NCBI GenBank assembly: GCA_050010755.1 | Contig: JBEKKK010000001.1 | Coordinates: 608,001 to 672,000, forward strand | DNA length: 64,000 nucleotides | DNA from: Candidatus Bathyarchaeia archaeon | GTDB lineage: Archaea; Thermoproteota; Bathyarchaeia; Bathyarchaeales; Bathycorpusculaceae | Direction of reading: 5' to 3' | In this document: positions 20,831 through 31,441 of the stretch, one piece after another | Layout of the letters: each line of letters opens with the position of its first letter | Position numbering within the stretch: the stretch's first letter is position 1 | Notes under the pieces: model-generated | Told to the model about the DNA's origin: nothing | What the model saw: the letters and a program-made list of their open reading frames with translations, nothing else | The model's database searches: none | Translations under genes and position numbers: made by a program

Positions 20831-21187
20831 ATGAAGAGTTACATTAAGATTTATGGTCCGCCTATATTGAAGGCTTTAGATGAATTAGAAAAAATTGCAG
20901 GCGAAATGCCTGAAATTGCTTTCTACTATCACTATATTCTAGGATTCATACCTGTAGGAAAAAGTTCTAGCGCGCCATCTATCGATGAAGAACAACTAGG
21001 TTTAGGAGAAAAGTACGAGGAGAAATCTAAACGTTCTGTGAGCAAATCGGGTTATAGTTTAGGAGACCATGATTTCTTCTTTGAATGGGCAAAAGAACCG
21101 GATGGAGAACAATTGCGCAATTTGATCGAAAAGGTTGAAAATGCATTGACGCCACTCGGATGTAGATATACTATAACTACAAAGTAA
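20831..21187 (+). CDS. Hypothetical protein (118 aa)
   Basis: Clean ORF with a TATA-like TTTATAA about 35 bp upstream; flanked by GCGCGCGC sites. Confidence 0.7.
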   Translation: MKSYIKIYGPPILKALDELEKIAGEMPEIAFYYHYILGFIPVGKSSSAPSIDEEQLGLGEKYEEKSKRSVSKSGYSLGDHDFFFEWAKEPDGEQLRNLIEKVENALTPLGCRYTITTK

Positions 21188-21607
21188 ATTTGTGGAATAC
21201 TAGCGCGCGCTTCTTGATCTACAATACTCAATTCCTAATCTTCTCCAGTTGGAAGTGCGCGATAAACCGACCTTCCACGCGATTCCTTTTTTCTCTATAG
21301 AGAAACGTACAGCGCGCGCTGAAGCCGAATCCCAAACACGAGTCTGCCCTGGATTTCTACAGTTCCCAGTCCTCCTCGGCGAATTTTATTCAACTAGTTC
21401 CGCATTCAATCTTCGCAACTAGTCATGTTCTGCCATCACAGCAGATGTCTTAGGTTCTGAAAGCGCCAAAAACAACATGTCTCTTACGAGTTTCGCAACT
21501 AAGCCAACGGTTCGAACTTCATTTAAGGAAATCTAAGCAATAAAGTTTTTACCTCACTTAATTGATTGAACTCGAATAAATGGAATGAAAGCGGAAATGC
21601 TTGGAAG

Positions 21608-22870
21608 ATGAAAATAAAAGCGATTGTTGGTTTGGCCTTGGTTGCGTTGTTCTTGGTTTGGGTGCTTTACATGAGTGTTCCATCCGCAGTAGTCGATTCT
21701 CATGGAAGCTCGGAATATTCTGCAGAACAGTCTTCAGCTGACTCGTGGCCGATGTTTCACTACGACCTAACTCATACTGGCACCTCAACCTCAACGGCGC
21801 CGAACACAAACCAAACTCTGTGGAGTTATACGACTGGTGGGCCTGTGTATTCCTCTCCTGTCGTTGCTGGTGGCGTGGTGTTTGTGGGTTCACTCGACGA
21901 TGTTGTTTATGCTTTCAACGCTTCGAGCGGAGCGTACGTGTGGGGTTATAGGACTGGTGGGCCGGTGTATTCGTCTCCTGCCGTTGCCGGTGGCGTGGTG
22001 TTTGTAGGCTCAGATGATGATGTCGTTTATGCTTTGAACTCTTCCAGCGGCGCGTATTTGTGGGGTTATAGGACTGGTGGGCCGGTGTTTTCCTCTCCTG
22101 CCGTTGCCGGTGGCGTGGTGTTTGTGGGTTCGGCTGACAAAGCTGTTTATGCTTTGGACGTTGTCAGCGGCGCGTATTTGTGGGGTTACACGACTGGCAA
22201 CGATGTGTGGTCTTCTCCTGCCGTTGCTGGTGGCGTGGTGTTTGTGGGTTCGATTGACGGGAATGTTTATGCTTTGAACGCTTCAACAGGCGCTTACATT
22301 TGGAACTATACAACAGGCTGGAGCTACTCAACTGGCTGGAACTACACGAGTGGCGGGCCGGTATATTCCTCTCCTGCTATCGCTGGCGGCGTTGTCTTCG
22401 TAAGCTCAGACGATGGTAATGTTTATGCTTTGAACGCTTCAACAGCCACTCTCATATGGAGATACAGCACGACCGGCAGTCTGGTGGATTCATCTCCTGC
22501 TGTCGCTGGTGGCGTGGTGTTTGTAGGCTCAGATGACAAAGTTGTTTATGCTTTGGACGTTTCCAGCGGCGCGTATTTGTGGGGTTACACGACTGGCAAC
22601 GATGTGTGGTCTTCTCCTGCCGTTGCTGGTGGTATTGTATATGCTGGATCACTTGACGGCAAGGTTTACGCTTTCGGAGTTTTTACTGCTGAAGGTGGGC
22701 TGCCACGAAGCGCGACATACACTATAATTGCTTTTGCAGGCATTGCAGCAGTTGTAGTCGTTGCAGTCGTGTACTCAAGTATTCACAGGAGGAAAGCGCC
22801 CAAGCCACGAGTCAGGGGAGGCATGCAGCTTCTTGACAGATGTAAGTTGGCTTTGGTATCCGAGATATAG
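21608..22870 (+). CDS. PQQ-like beta-propeller repeat surface protein with signal/TM segment and C-terminal TM
   Basis: WPMFHYD followed by seven SSPxxAGGxVxV ~40-aa repeats. Confidence 0.92.
   Translation: MKIKAIVGLALVALFLVWVLYMSVPSAVVDSHGSSEYSAEQSSADSWPMFHYDLTHTGTSTSTAPNTNQTLWSYTTGGPVYSSPVVAGGVVFVGSLDDVVYAFNASSGAYVWGYRTGGPVYSSPAVAGGVVFVGSDDDVVYALNSSSGAYLWGYRTGGPVFSSPAVAGGVVFVGSADKAVYALDVVSGAYLWGYTTGNDVWSSPAVAGGVVFVGSIDGNVYALNASTGAYIWNYTTGWSYSTGWNYTSGGPVYSSPAIAGGVVFVSSDDGNVYALNASTATLIWRYSTTGSLVDSSPAVAGGVVFVGSDDKVVYALDVSSGAYLWGYTTGNDVWSSPAVAGGIVYAGSLDGKVYAFGVFTAEGGLPRSATYTIIAFAGIAAVVVVAVVYSSIHRRKAPKPRVRGGMQLLDRCKLALVSEI
21830..22670 (+). repeat. Intragenic ~120-bp tandem repeats encoding propeller blades
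   Basis: Near-identical TCTCCTGCCGTTGCYGGTGGCGTGGTGTTTGT units. Confidence 0.9.
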
Positions 22871-23347
22871 AATGGATAAAGGAAACTGGCTGCCCAAGAT
22901 GGTTAAATACAATAAGAAAGCGTTATTTTGGTTATTAAAGCCTGCGATGATCTTTGCTATGAACGCTTTTTAGCCGGGATTGACCACGGTGACGGAAAAG
23001 CTTCGTGGCTGGGTTGTTTTGGGTCTAACATCCTAAACAAAGGCTCGAGCGGCTAATGACTGGAGGTTTTGTTTTTCGCTCGCGTGAAAAATTGTAAATA
23101 AATGGAAAGCCTAGCCCACGAGTGTATTACGACTTGAAGATTGCATGCGACATAATGGAATGCCCATTGCGTTAGCGGGCGCTTTGACTCAAAGAGCAAT
23201 CGGCGACTTCCGAGAATGCGACTGAGCGCTTACTCCTTGATGTTTCTGCGCAACTCTCGTTTAAACTGGTTGAGAAATATTTAAAAGGAAATTGATATTC
23301 TAGCATAGACAACATATCCATGGCGAGAGCTGGGAGCGTGTACAGCA

Positions 23348-24475
23348 ATGGTAGGGAAGAAAATCAAAGTCGGTTGCGTGTTGCCCTTGAGTGGTTCCAT
23401 GTCCGAAATCGCCGAAAGGTGCAGAAGAGGGCACGAAATTGCTGTTCAGATAGTAAATGAGAGCGGTGGAATAAAGTCTCTAGGCAATGCAAGTGTATCT
23501 TACGAGTATGTGGACTCTGGTGACAAGCCTGAAGGAGCGGTTCTTGAATGCGAGCGACTAATAAGAAAAGAAAAAATCCCGATCATCACTGGTTGCTACG
23601 CAAGCTCCCTCACGATACCAGCAGCGAAACTAGCTAATGAATACAAAATACCCTTTGTCATAAGTGATGCAACAGCAGATGAACTGACTCAAAGCGGATT
23701 TCATTATGTTTTTAGGGCCAGCGCAACCAATACGATTTACTGCAAAACGGCGTTAGACTTCGCTATTAAAGAGCTCAAGGCGAAAACACTGGGTGTAGTT
23801 TACATTGACCTTCTAATGGGTAGAATGCTTGTGACCGACATTGAAAAGCGTGCAAAGCAGCTAGGATTGAAGGTTGTCCTGAAAGCACCTTATGGCCCGG
23901 ATGCAAGAGACTTCAAAACCATAATACAGCAAATGAAAGATGCAGATCCTGATATTATCGTTGCTGCATCGTACGTCGGTGACGCGGTGTTGATTGCACA
24001 TCAGATACATGAAGAGAGCTATAGTTTTCGCTCGTTTGTTGGTATGGGGGCAGGGCATGCGATTCCTGAATTTCTCAAGAGTGCCCAAGATGATAGCGAG
24101 TATTTTTCTAGCGTTGCCTTTTGGTGCCATGATATGATCACACCGGGATCAAAGGAATTGACCCAAAGATACTTCCGAAAATACGGCGAGTATCCAATTG
24201 AGCATCCTGGCTCCTGTTTTCAGGCTTCCCAAGTGTTATTGAATGCTATCGAAAGGGCGGGTTCCACAAACCCAGAAGAAATACGTGAAGCCCTTTCAAA
24301 AACCGACATGATGACTATTGCTGGTAAAGTGAAGATTGATCCGGCAACTGGGCAAAACTCGATGGCTGGATGCGGAATAGTTCAGGTTCAGAAAGGCCAA
24401 TTCGCAACGGTTTGGCCTGAAGGGATTGCGTCAAAGAAACCAATTTTTCCCAGACCTAAATGGGAGGGAACATGA
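23348..24475 (+). CDS. LivK-type substrate-binding protein apparently lacking a signal peptide
   Basis: Starts directly at KIKVGCVLPLSG; NESGGI, GCYASS, ADELT, YVFR. Confidence 0.85.
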   Translation: MVGKKIKVGCVLPLSGSMSEIAERCRRGHEIAVQIVNESGGIKSLGNASVSYEYVDSGDKPEGAVLECERLIRKEKIPIITGCYASSLTIPAAKLANEYKIPFVISDATADELTQSGFHYVFRASATNTIYCKTALDFAIKELKAKTLGVVYIDLLMGRMLVTDIEKRAKQLGLKVVLKAPYGPDARDFKTIIQQMKDADPDIIVAASYVGDAVLIAHQIHEESYSFRSFVGMGAGHAIPEFLKSAQDDSEYFSSVAFWCHDMITPGSKELTQRYFRKYGEYPIEHPGSCFQASQVLLNAIERAGSTNPEEIREALSKTDMMTIAGKVKIDPATGQNSMAGCGIVQVQKGQFATVWPEGIASKKPIFPRPKWEGT

Positions 24476-25501
24476 ATGAAAGCAGCGCGTTTTTATGAAC
24501 CGAACAAACCTCTAAGGATAGAAGAAGTTCCTTTGCCCAAGATTAGAGAGAGATGGGTTTTAGTTGAAGTCAAAGCATGTGGTATATGCCACTCGGATCT
24601 CCACATAACTAAAGGAACGATAAAAGTCCCGAAAACTCCCTTGATTCTCGGACATGAGATTTCAGGGCGAATCGCAGATATCGGAAGTGAAATCGAAGAA
24701 TTCAGAAAAGGTGACAGGGTATTAGTTTCGGGAATGATCCCTTGCGGAGAATGTTATTACTGTGCTTCAGGAAAAGACAATATCTGCCAACGCAAGGTTG
24801 AATTAGGCATACAAATCGACGGTGGATATGCACAATATGTGGCAGTGCCCTCAAAGAATCTGTACAGGATGCCCGACTCGATGTCCTATGAGGAAGCAGC
24901 GATACTAACGGATGCAGTGGCCACTCCGTTTCATGCAGTGAAGCTCGGACGAGTAACATTTGGCAGTACAGTGGCCGTCTTTGGAGTAGGGGGTTTGGGA
25001 ATGAATGCTGTTCAACTCTCTACGCTAGCTGGCGCGCGAGTTATAGCCGTTGACATTCTTGATCAGAAACTGGCGTTAGCCAAAGAATTCGGAGCGGAAG
25101 AAACAATTAATTCCAAAATTGAGGATCCCATTCATCGAATATTGCAGATAACAAATGGAAATGGCGTAGATGTCGCATTTGAATTTGTTGGACTTCCAAC
25201 AACCCTTGAGCAAGCAATTGCAAGCGTAAGAAGAGGCGGAAAAGTCGTTTTGGCCGGTGTCGGAACACAGAAAGCAAATCTCTCAATGAGAGACATGACT
25301 GCCAAGGAGATTGAAATAATTGGAGTACAAGGATTTGTCGCACATACAGAATATCCAGCGCTGATAGACATGGTCGTTCATGGACGATTGGACGTTAAAA
25401 AGATGATATCACAAACAGTTCCTTTGGAAGAAGTTAACCGGGGACTCGATATCTTAGAGAAGCAGATCGGGAATCCTATTCGGGTTGTGCTAAAGCCCTA
25501 G
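24476..25501 (+). CDS. Zn-dependent alcohol dehydrogenase (MDR)
   Basis: CGICHSD, GHE, CGECYYC...C, GVGGLG. Confidence 0.93.
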   Translation: MKAARFYEPNKPLRIEEVPLPKIRERWVLVEVKACGICHSDLHITKGTIKVPKTPLILGHEISGRIADIGSEIEEFRKGDRVLVSGMIPCGECYYCASGKDNICQRKVELGIQIDGGYAQYVAVPSKNLYRMPDSMSYEEAAILTDAVATPFHAVKLGRVTFGSTVAVFGVGGLGMNAVQLSTLAGARVIAVDILDQKLALAKEFGAEETINSKIEDPIHRILQITNGNGVDVAFEFVGLPTTLEQAIASVRRGGKVVLAGVGTQKANLSMRDMTAKEIEIIGVQGFVAHTEYPALIDMVVHGRLDVKKMISQTVPLEEVNRGLDILEKQIGNPIRVVLKP

Positions 25502-25587
25502 TGAATGACCAGTGAAAAGTCGATTGCTAACAGGCAAACTGGGTTCCCGTTGTAGACATCCTAATCAAGGTATGCTCCATCCTTTTG

Positions 25588-26790
25588 CTAGGAATCGCTG
25601 ACCCGTTCCAGCCTTGAAACCCGCAGAAAAAGCAGAGGAGTCGTTAAAACGAAGGTAAGCCCTGCCAAACAGAGCCCCGCAAGTGAGTATCCGTACCGTA
25701 TCACCAGGGACGAAAAGAGCAACGGGGGAAAAAAATCACCAAACATGGAGAACCCGTTCACCCAGCTAACAGTCAGCGTTTCATATTCCGGATAGATACT
25801 GTTAGTCGCTCTTGCTGCTGAGATCCCGATAGTGAACCCGGCACCAGCTGCTAAGCCAACGAGTAGGGCCGACAAGATTGACAAATATATCGTACCAAAG
25901 AATGCTATGCCGACTCCAAAAGCCATCAGGGCACCTGATGCAAGAAGAAGACGCTTCGCATCACCAGACCTATCAAATAATCTGCCTATGAAAGGCGCCG
26001 TTGCAAGCGCAGCTATTGGGGTTAGCGATGCGATTGCTCCACCTCCTCCAATACCCACGTGAATCACGTTTTCAACATAATACGCCATGAAATTGCCTAC
26101 AACTGTATTACCAACTCCAAGCGCTAGCATCGCCACTGATATTCCGATCATCCATTTGTTGAACAGAATAGCCTTCACGCGAACAAGATTCACACTGAAG
26201 TTCGAGCGCAGACTATCTTTCGGTATTGAAAGAAATAGCAAGGCAGACGTAAATAATCCTAGGGCTCCGCTAACGACCAAACTGTTCCTCCATCCTAGTG
26301 CGCCCGCGAGTAAGGACCAGCCTGATAACCCGATGGCACCTCCAAGATAGAATGCTGATTGGTAGAGACCGACGCCTAATCCCTCCGACCCTTTCTGCAT
26401 GCATCTAGTGATTAGAATGACACACGGAGCGAACACGAGGGCCATGCCCAAGCCGACGAAAAATCGCAGAGCCGCTATCTGAACCAGGTTGCTTGCGAAG
26501 CCAGTCAACAACGCGGCCAAGGATGCAATTGATGTCCCATAAATCGCAGTCAGTCGCGGACCTATCTTAGTTGCGAGAATTGCACTTGGCACCTGAAAAA
26601 TCCCAACACCAACGTAGAACGTTGCAGTGACCAATCCCAGACCAGACACGTTCTGACGCAGTTCGGAAGCGGTGAGAAAAAACACCGCGGCAAGGTTATA
26701 CCAGTTTATTGCATAGACGATTCTTCCGAAGATCAGAGACGCGAGAGCGCCACGGTTGGCCCCCCCTACACGCACATTCATTAGATTCAA
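25588..26790 (-). CDS. MFS transporter
   Basis: About 12 hydrophobic segments; KIGPR and GRLFDRSG motif-A-like loops, RFFVGLG. Confidence 0.88.
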   Translation of the reverse strand: MNLMNVRVGGANRGALASLIFGRIVYAINWYNLAAVFFLTASELRQNVSGLGLVTATFYVGVGIFQVPSAILATKIGPRLTAIYGTSIASLAALLTGFASNLVQIAALRFFVGLGMALVFAPCVILITRCMQKGSEGLGVGLYQSAFYLGGAIGLSGWSLLAGALGWRNSLVVSGALGLFTSALLFLSIPKDSLRSNFSVNLVRVKAILFNKWMIGISVAMLALGVGNTVVGNFMAYYVENVIHVGIGGGGAIASLTPIAALATAPFIGRLFDRSGDAKRLLLASGALMAFGVGIAFFGTIYLSILSALLVGLAAGAGFTIGISAARATNSIYPEYETLTVSWVNGFSMFGDFFPPLLFSSLVIRYGYSLAGLCLAGLTFVLTTPLLFLRVSRLERVSDS

Positions 26791-27116
26791 ACTCCCTTTG
26801 TGGACTCCGCCTTAGAACGAGGACACCCCGATTCGTCTTCCCTAAACCCAATTTGAGCGGTAGCTAAGTCTTTTAAGTATTTCTTTTGAAGGTTCTCTGA
26901 AGTCTTGCCAAATTGCTTGTTTTTTGTTCTGTGGTAAAACACATCTTTCCTCTTTGCTCAATGACAGAACCGGCGAATTCTCGACACAACCTGGAGAGCA
27001 AGGAGAATGCACTGCATTCAACAAGTGGAGGTCCTTTTCGTATCATTATGACCATAAATAGTGCGTGTACTAGAGATCACTTTGCTTATTGGAAAAATTA
27101 CATCGGCAATGGCTTT

Positions 27117-27920
27117 TCAACTTTTTATGTGGGCTAGAGCTGTGTTCACAGCTTTGTCCTTATGTACGATCTCAACGAGTGCCTTAACCATGCCTAAGGG
27201 GTTGCGTGACTGCCAAACATTTCTTCCGAAAGCGACGCCGTTCGCTCCAGCTTCAACAGCATCTCTTGCCACTTCTAAGGCGTCCTTCTCCGTCTTCATT
27301 CTCGGGCCTCCAGCAACTACGACGGGTGTTAGGCATCCCGATACAACCTCCTTGAAAGACTCTACAGAGCCAGTGTAGAAAGTTTTTATCGTATCGGCTC
27401 CCATCGCCGATCCGACCCTCGCGGACAGTTTTACGAATTCAGCTAATCGTTCCTTTCCGCAGAATTCCCCTGTTGGAAACGTTTCAGCTATTAACGGCAT
27501 ACCGCACTCTTCGCATTCTGAAGCAACATAGCCGAGTGCTTTTAAACTCTCCGTTTCGTACTTTGTTCCTATGTAAGCCATCATTATGACGGCATCTGCG
27601 CCGAGACGAATAGCACCGTTAACAGTGTAAGTAAGGACAGAACGAGGTGCAGGATTGGGATGTAACGAGGTTTGCCCCCCATCTATTCTCAGAACAACCC
27701 CTAGCTTTCCAGCAATGATTTTGCATCCTTTTGACAGGGTTCCAGGGGTAACGATAACCGCGTCGGCTCCTCCCTTCACAGCTACTTCCAACACTTTCAG
27801 TGGATCTATCAATCCAGGCATCGGCCCGGCATAACCTTCATGATCCAATGCTATAATCACTGCCCTATTTTTCGAAGGATCTAAAATCCGACCCAGTCGT
27901 AATGTCTTTCCTGAAATCAT
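27117..27920 (-). CDS. Class I DhnA-type aldolase (FbaB/LsrF/ADH synthase family)
   Basis: GKTLRLGRI, ALDH, GADAV, GADTIKTFY Schiff-base Lys, AGGP, GRNVWQ. Confidence 0.9.
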   Translation of the reverse strand: MISGKTLRLGRILDPSKNRAVIIALDHEGYAGPMPGLIDPLKVLEVAVKGGADAVIVTPGTLSKGCKIIAGKLGVVLRIDGGQTSLHPNPAPRSVLTYTVNGAIRLGADAVIMMAYIGTKYETESLKALGYVASECEECGMPLIAETFPTGEFCGKERLAEFVKLSARVGSAMGADTIKTFYTGSVESFKEVVSGCLTPVVVAGGPRMKTEKDALEVARDAVEAGANGVAFGRNVWQSRNPLGMVKALVEIVHKDKAVNTALAHIKS

Positions 27921-28074
27921 TCATAACCCATTGGAAATTTCCTGGGATTTCATATAAGCTTTGCCTCATCCACCTTCACAACTTCTGCTTTTCAACGTAA
28001 TGATCGTCGGATCTCCCAATGAACGGGCATGATGATTGCAGCCTGTTTGCACTGTCATAGGCCTTACCGCGCGC

Positions 28075-28175
28075 CTTTTGAACAGGTGAAACAAGCAGCA
28101 ATGGAAGCAGAATATTACGAGTCGCCAACGTGGGGCCACAAATACCCCAAAATCCAAATACTGACTATTCCAGAC
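28075..28175 (+). pseudogene. C-terminal remnant of a DNA methyltransferase/Mrr-like fusion protein
   Basis: KQAAMEAEYYESPTWGHKYPKIQILTI resembles the (A)GxYES..WG.KYPKIQILTI tail of MTase-Mrr-like proteins; no plausible N-terminus. Confidence 0.55.
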
Positions 28176-28197
28176 TGCTTAGGGGCTCTACCCTATT

Positions 28198-28425
28198 CTA
28201 CCACACACGCATTGAAGCCGTTATGACCACCAACGTTTCCGATTCCAGCCTTCCCTCCTTACGACAACCTGATTCCGCTACCCTGTAATTCTTGTTCAGA
28301 CTGTTTGCTTCTTTCTGGACTCGCCTTTTCAAATAAAAGTGCTTTCCAGCGACCACTCGCACAGGTTTGTTGCCTTGTTTTCCAAGGACAAGCCAAGGCT
28401 TTCGAGGTTTTTGCCGAGAACTCAA
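28198..28425 (-). CDS. Small basic hypothetical protein (possible mobile-element remnant)
   Basis: 75-aa basic ORF only. Confidence 0.35.
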   Translation of the reverse strand: MSSRQKPRKPWLVLGKQGNKPVRVVAGKHFYLKRRVQKEANSLNKNYRVAESGCRKEGRLESETLVVITASMRVW

Positions 28426-29109
28426 ACAACCTCGCGAAAGAAAAATATGGACTTCGTTGCGATGGCCAAAAAGCTTAACAGTATTTGAGTGGGTAACTTA
28501 ATAGTACCTTATAGATGGAGTGAGTTAAAACTTGTGCATAAGGAACTTTGATGTTAGTGAGTGGAGTGGAAGAGACAAATGGAAAGTACGTGCTTGGGAA
28601 TGGAGAAATGCTAATAGGCCTGTAATTACCAAAAGTCCTTTAACCAAATAATACTTTCCTTAACAGGAAAATTCAAAAAACTAAGCCATGACAGATAAGT
28701 TTACAATATCTAAGAGAAAAAATCGCCGTGGGCTTATTTCAAGCGGAAAAGCCCCGCGAATCAACAAACTCTTTTAAAACCCTAAAAGCTAACAGAACTT
28801 CACACTCCAACAAAATTGTCCCAGACAAAAGACAGGAATTTTGCCTTTACAACAATTTCGGCGCGGGGCAACGCGTTGCCGCATCCGTCGGATTATCGCG
28901 CATCTGTTCCTAAAGTGGCAAAAATGGTTCCTATTCTTCTCTTGACATTCGCACGCGCTTTCATGGGGATTTATTCGAAAGACTAATCTTCACCCTGTGA
29001 GGGGCAGCAAAAAGCGAATGCTTTCCACCAGGTTGAAGCCTCAAGACAAACGTTCGCGCCGAAACGACCCGCCAGATAACAAAAAGAGCAGCTAACCCTT
29101 CGTAGCCCT

Positions 29110-29395
29110 TTCTCGTCAGGGCGCAACATCGAAACTTACAAAGCAACATTACACGGCAACATTACATCTGATGTAAAGAAAAAAAGGGGAGGGGCTAGCC
29201 GTTCATCATCGAAGCTTTCTAACCCAAAATCGAAGCTAAACCCGAACTGAGGATACCCACTTTAACAAGCAGCGACCCTTTCTTCAGCCCCTCTCAGAAA
29301 ACATCTTTCTCCAACATGGAGACACACGTGGATCCATTATGCGGATCCATTACATCTGATGTGTGTGAAAAAAAGGGAGGGGCCGACCGCACGAG
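29110..29395 (+). repeat. Left cluster of 188-bp-period repeats (2 units)
   Basis: Cores TTACATCTGATGT at 29162 and 29350, each followed by an A-run and G-string; inverted homolog of 33630-33915. Confidence 0.85.
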
Positions 29396-29633
29396 TAAGA
29401 GTCTTCTCACTCATCGCCAGCTTGGACCAGAGCCTCGAACTTGGGCGAAAGCCATCAAAACATAGGGCCCCCAAGATTGTGGAACAGGATTGCGCTACAA
29501 TGCTCTGATACCAACGCATCATCGTTTGCATTATAGGATTTCAGTATCAGTAAGCCGCGCGGATAGAGAGAATTGAGGAAATTCCTCGCCTTCAAAGTAG
29601 GATAGGCTGATTTCCGGTTTTGAACCTGAGATT

Positions 29634-29710
29634 TGGTGCGGTCGCCGGGATTTGAACCCGGGTCGTCGGCGTGGGAGGCCGATGTCCTGGCCAGGCTAGA
29701 CTACGACCGC
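29634..29710 (-). tRNA. tRNA-Gly(CCC) with encoded CCA
   Basis: GCGGTCGTAGTCTAGCCTGGCCAGGACATCGGCCTCCCACGCCGACGACCCGGGTTCAAATCCCGGCGACCGCACCA; anticodon arm TCGGC-CTCCCAC-GCCGA. Confidence 0.97.
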
Positions 29711-29753
29711 ACAATGTCTTGGAGATTTACGAAGCGGGAAATGGTTTTAGCTT

Positions 29754-31418
29754 TTACTTGGCTTTCTCTGATGCAAGCTTATTGGCGGTAGAGTTGGCAT
29801 GTTGGGTCAGAATCGGTTCTCTCTTTTCCGGAGGTTCTTTTGGCTGTGAGTACATTCGTTTTGAGAAGTAGACCGTGGCTACTATGAGAATTGCCGTGCC
29901 TGCCGCGAAGATGTACATCAGGCTGCGGACGTTCTGCACGTTTTGGTTTTCGCTGGTCAGGTGTTGTTGATAATTGTTGTTCAAGTTTTGGTACTCCTGG
30001 AGAAGCAGACTGTAGTTTCCAAGCAGGTTGACATAGGTGTCGTTCAGCTGTGCGGCATAGTTGCTGAAGAGGTTAAGTTGAGCGGTTTCGTTGCTGAGTG
30101 TGCCGAATTGTGTTGTGTAGTTACTGAGAAGTTCATAATAAGTTGCGTTGAGGTTGAGATATTGGGCTAAGAGCTGATTATTGAGATCCAGGGTTTCGGA
30201 CGAGATTATTAGGATAGTCTGGCTTCTGGAAGAGTATGTGAGATACAGGTAGTTGGCTCCGGATATATTCAGCGGGGTCGGAGCGACTTCTTTGTCGCCG
30301 ACTAGTACGACAACGGAGCTGCTCATTAACCCCGTTGGGATGGCTATTCGCGAAAAACCAGCGGTGCCTTCTGCACCCGTGACGTTGAACTGTATTATCT
30401 CGTTCCCTGTTTCTGTTCCAACTTGGAACGCGAAGCCGGAGATTGTGGAGTTGCTGATAATTGAGACTTGGAAGGGCTGACCCGCATAGGTTGCTGTGAA
30501 GCTTGAAAATGGTCCCATTAGTGGATGGTTGTCTCGGTTGTTGCCTGAAGCTACGATATAACTTCCAGTGCTTATTCCGTAAACGCTGTTCTGACCTACG
30601 TAGCTGCTCCAGTAGTTGCCTTGACCGCCAAAGTCCCAATGGTTGGGACCGCTGCTGACCAACCATGAATCAAGAAAATTGTTGTCGTAAAAAGTGTTGT
30701 CAACGCAAAGTGTCGCGATAGTCTCTCCCACCGCACTGTTGTTATCAAAAGTGTTGCCTGAAAACGTGTTTGAGCCGCTCGTGTCAATGTAGATCCCACC
30801 AAAGTTTTCTGAGATAACGTTTCTCGAGAACAGGTTGTAGCTCGACGCGGCGAGGTAGATTCCGTATTGCCCGTTTGCCGTTATGGTGTTGTCTGAGACT
30901 GTGTTGTATTGTGTGTAAGAGGATACGATGCCCTGTTGTTGGTTGTTTAATATCGCATTGCTTGATATTGTGTTGTAATTAGAGTTTGTTATGTTGATTC
31001 CTTGTTGAGAATTCTCTATTATGTCATTACTTATCGTGCAATTGTTGAAGAATGACACAGCTATTCCAATGCTGGGGTTCAGGCTTGATGTGACATTGAA
31101 ACCTTCGATTGTGACGCCGTTAGCCGTTACGTCAACGATAAACTGGTTGTTTGATCCGTTGATGAACGTCGTGTCACTGCCCTCGCCGATCAGAGAAACG
31201 GTCTGGTTGACCACAAGGCTTTCGCTGTAGATTCCAGGGCTCACGAAGATGGTTTCTCCAGCTGTTGCGTTGTTGATGGCTGCCTGAATCAACTGATCAG
31301 GGCCCACTGTTACACTCGTCCCCTGTGCCTTTGCAGGCAATGCGAATCTGGACAGTAATGCTAGGATTAAGCAGAAGACGATGCAAAGGACTGAAAGGGT
31401 TTTTTTCAGTCTGAGCAT
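29754..31418 (-). CDS. NosD/pectin-lyase-like parallel beta-helix surface protein with coiled-coil stalk and C-terminal TM
   Basis: Signal peptide MLRLKKTLSVLC; IQAAINNA..G.Y.E; GIxxxxSxxNxxxxN repeats; GNYWSSY; DNHPLM. Confidence 0.88.
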   Translation of the reverse strand: MLRLKKTLSVLCIVFCLILALLSRFALPAKAQGTSVTVGPDQLIQAAINNATAGETIFVSPGIYSESLVVNQTVSLIGEGSDTTFINGSNNQFIVDVTANGVTIEGFNVTSSLNPSIGIAVSFFNNCTISNDIIENSQQGINITNSNYNTISSNAILNNQQQGIVSSYTQYNTVSDNTITANGQYGIYLAASSYNLFSRNVISENFGGIYIDTSGSNTFSGNTFDNNSAVGETIATLCVDNTFYDNNFLDSWLVSSGPNHWDFGGQGNYWSSYVGQNSVYGISTGSYIVASGNNRDNHPLMGPFSSFTATYAGQPFQVSIISNSTISGFAFQVGTETGNEIIQFNVTGAEGTAGFSRIAIPTGLMSSSVVVLVGDKEVAPTPLNISGANYLYLTYSSRSQTILIISSETLDLNNQLLAQYLNLNATYYELLSNYTTQFGTLSNETAQLNLFSNYAAQLNDTYVNLLGNYSLLLQEYQNLNNNYQQHLTSENQNVQNVRSLMYIFAAGTAILIVATVYFSKRMYSQPKEPPEKREPILTQHANSTANKLASEKAK

Positions 31419-31441
31419 TTTCTTTCCGTGGTGCAAACGGT

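Noticed and set aside
21830-22670. 120-bp repeats as a DGR template/variable pair or non-coding array
   Set aside because: They are in-frame propeller blades; no reverse transcriptase or adenine-specific variation is evident.
29634-29710. tRNA-integrated provirus with attL/attR
   Set aside because: No duplicate of the tRNA 3' end and no tyrosine or serine integrase were seen in the window.
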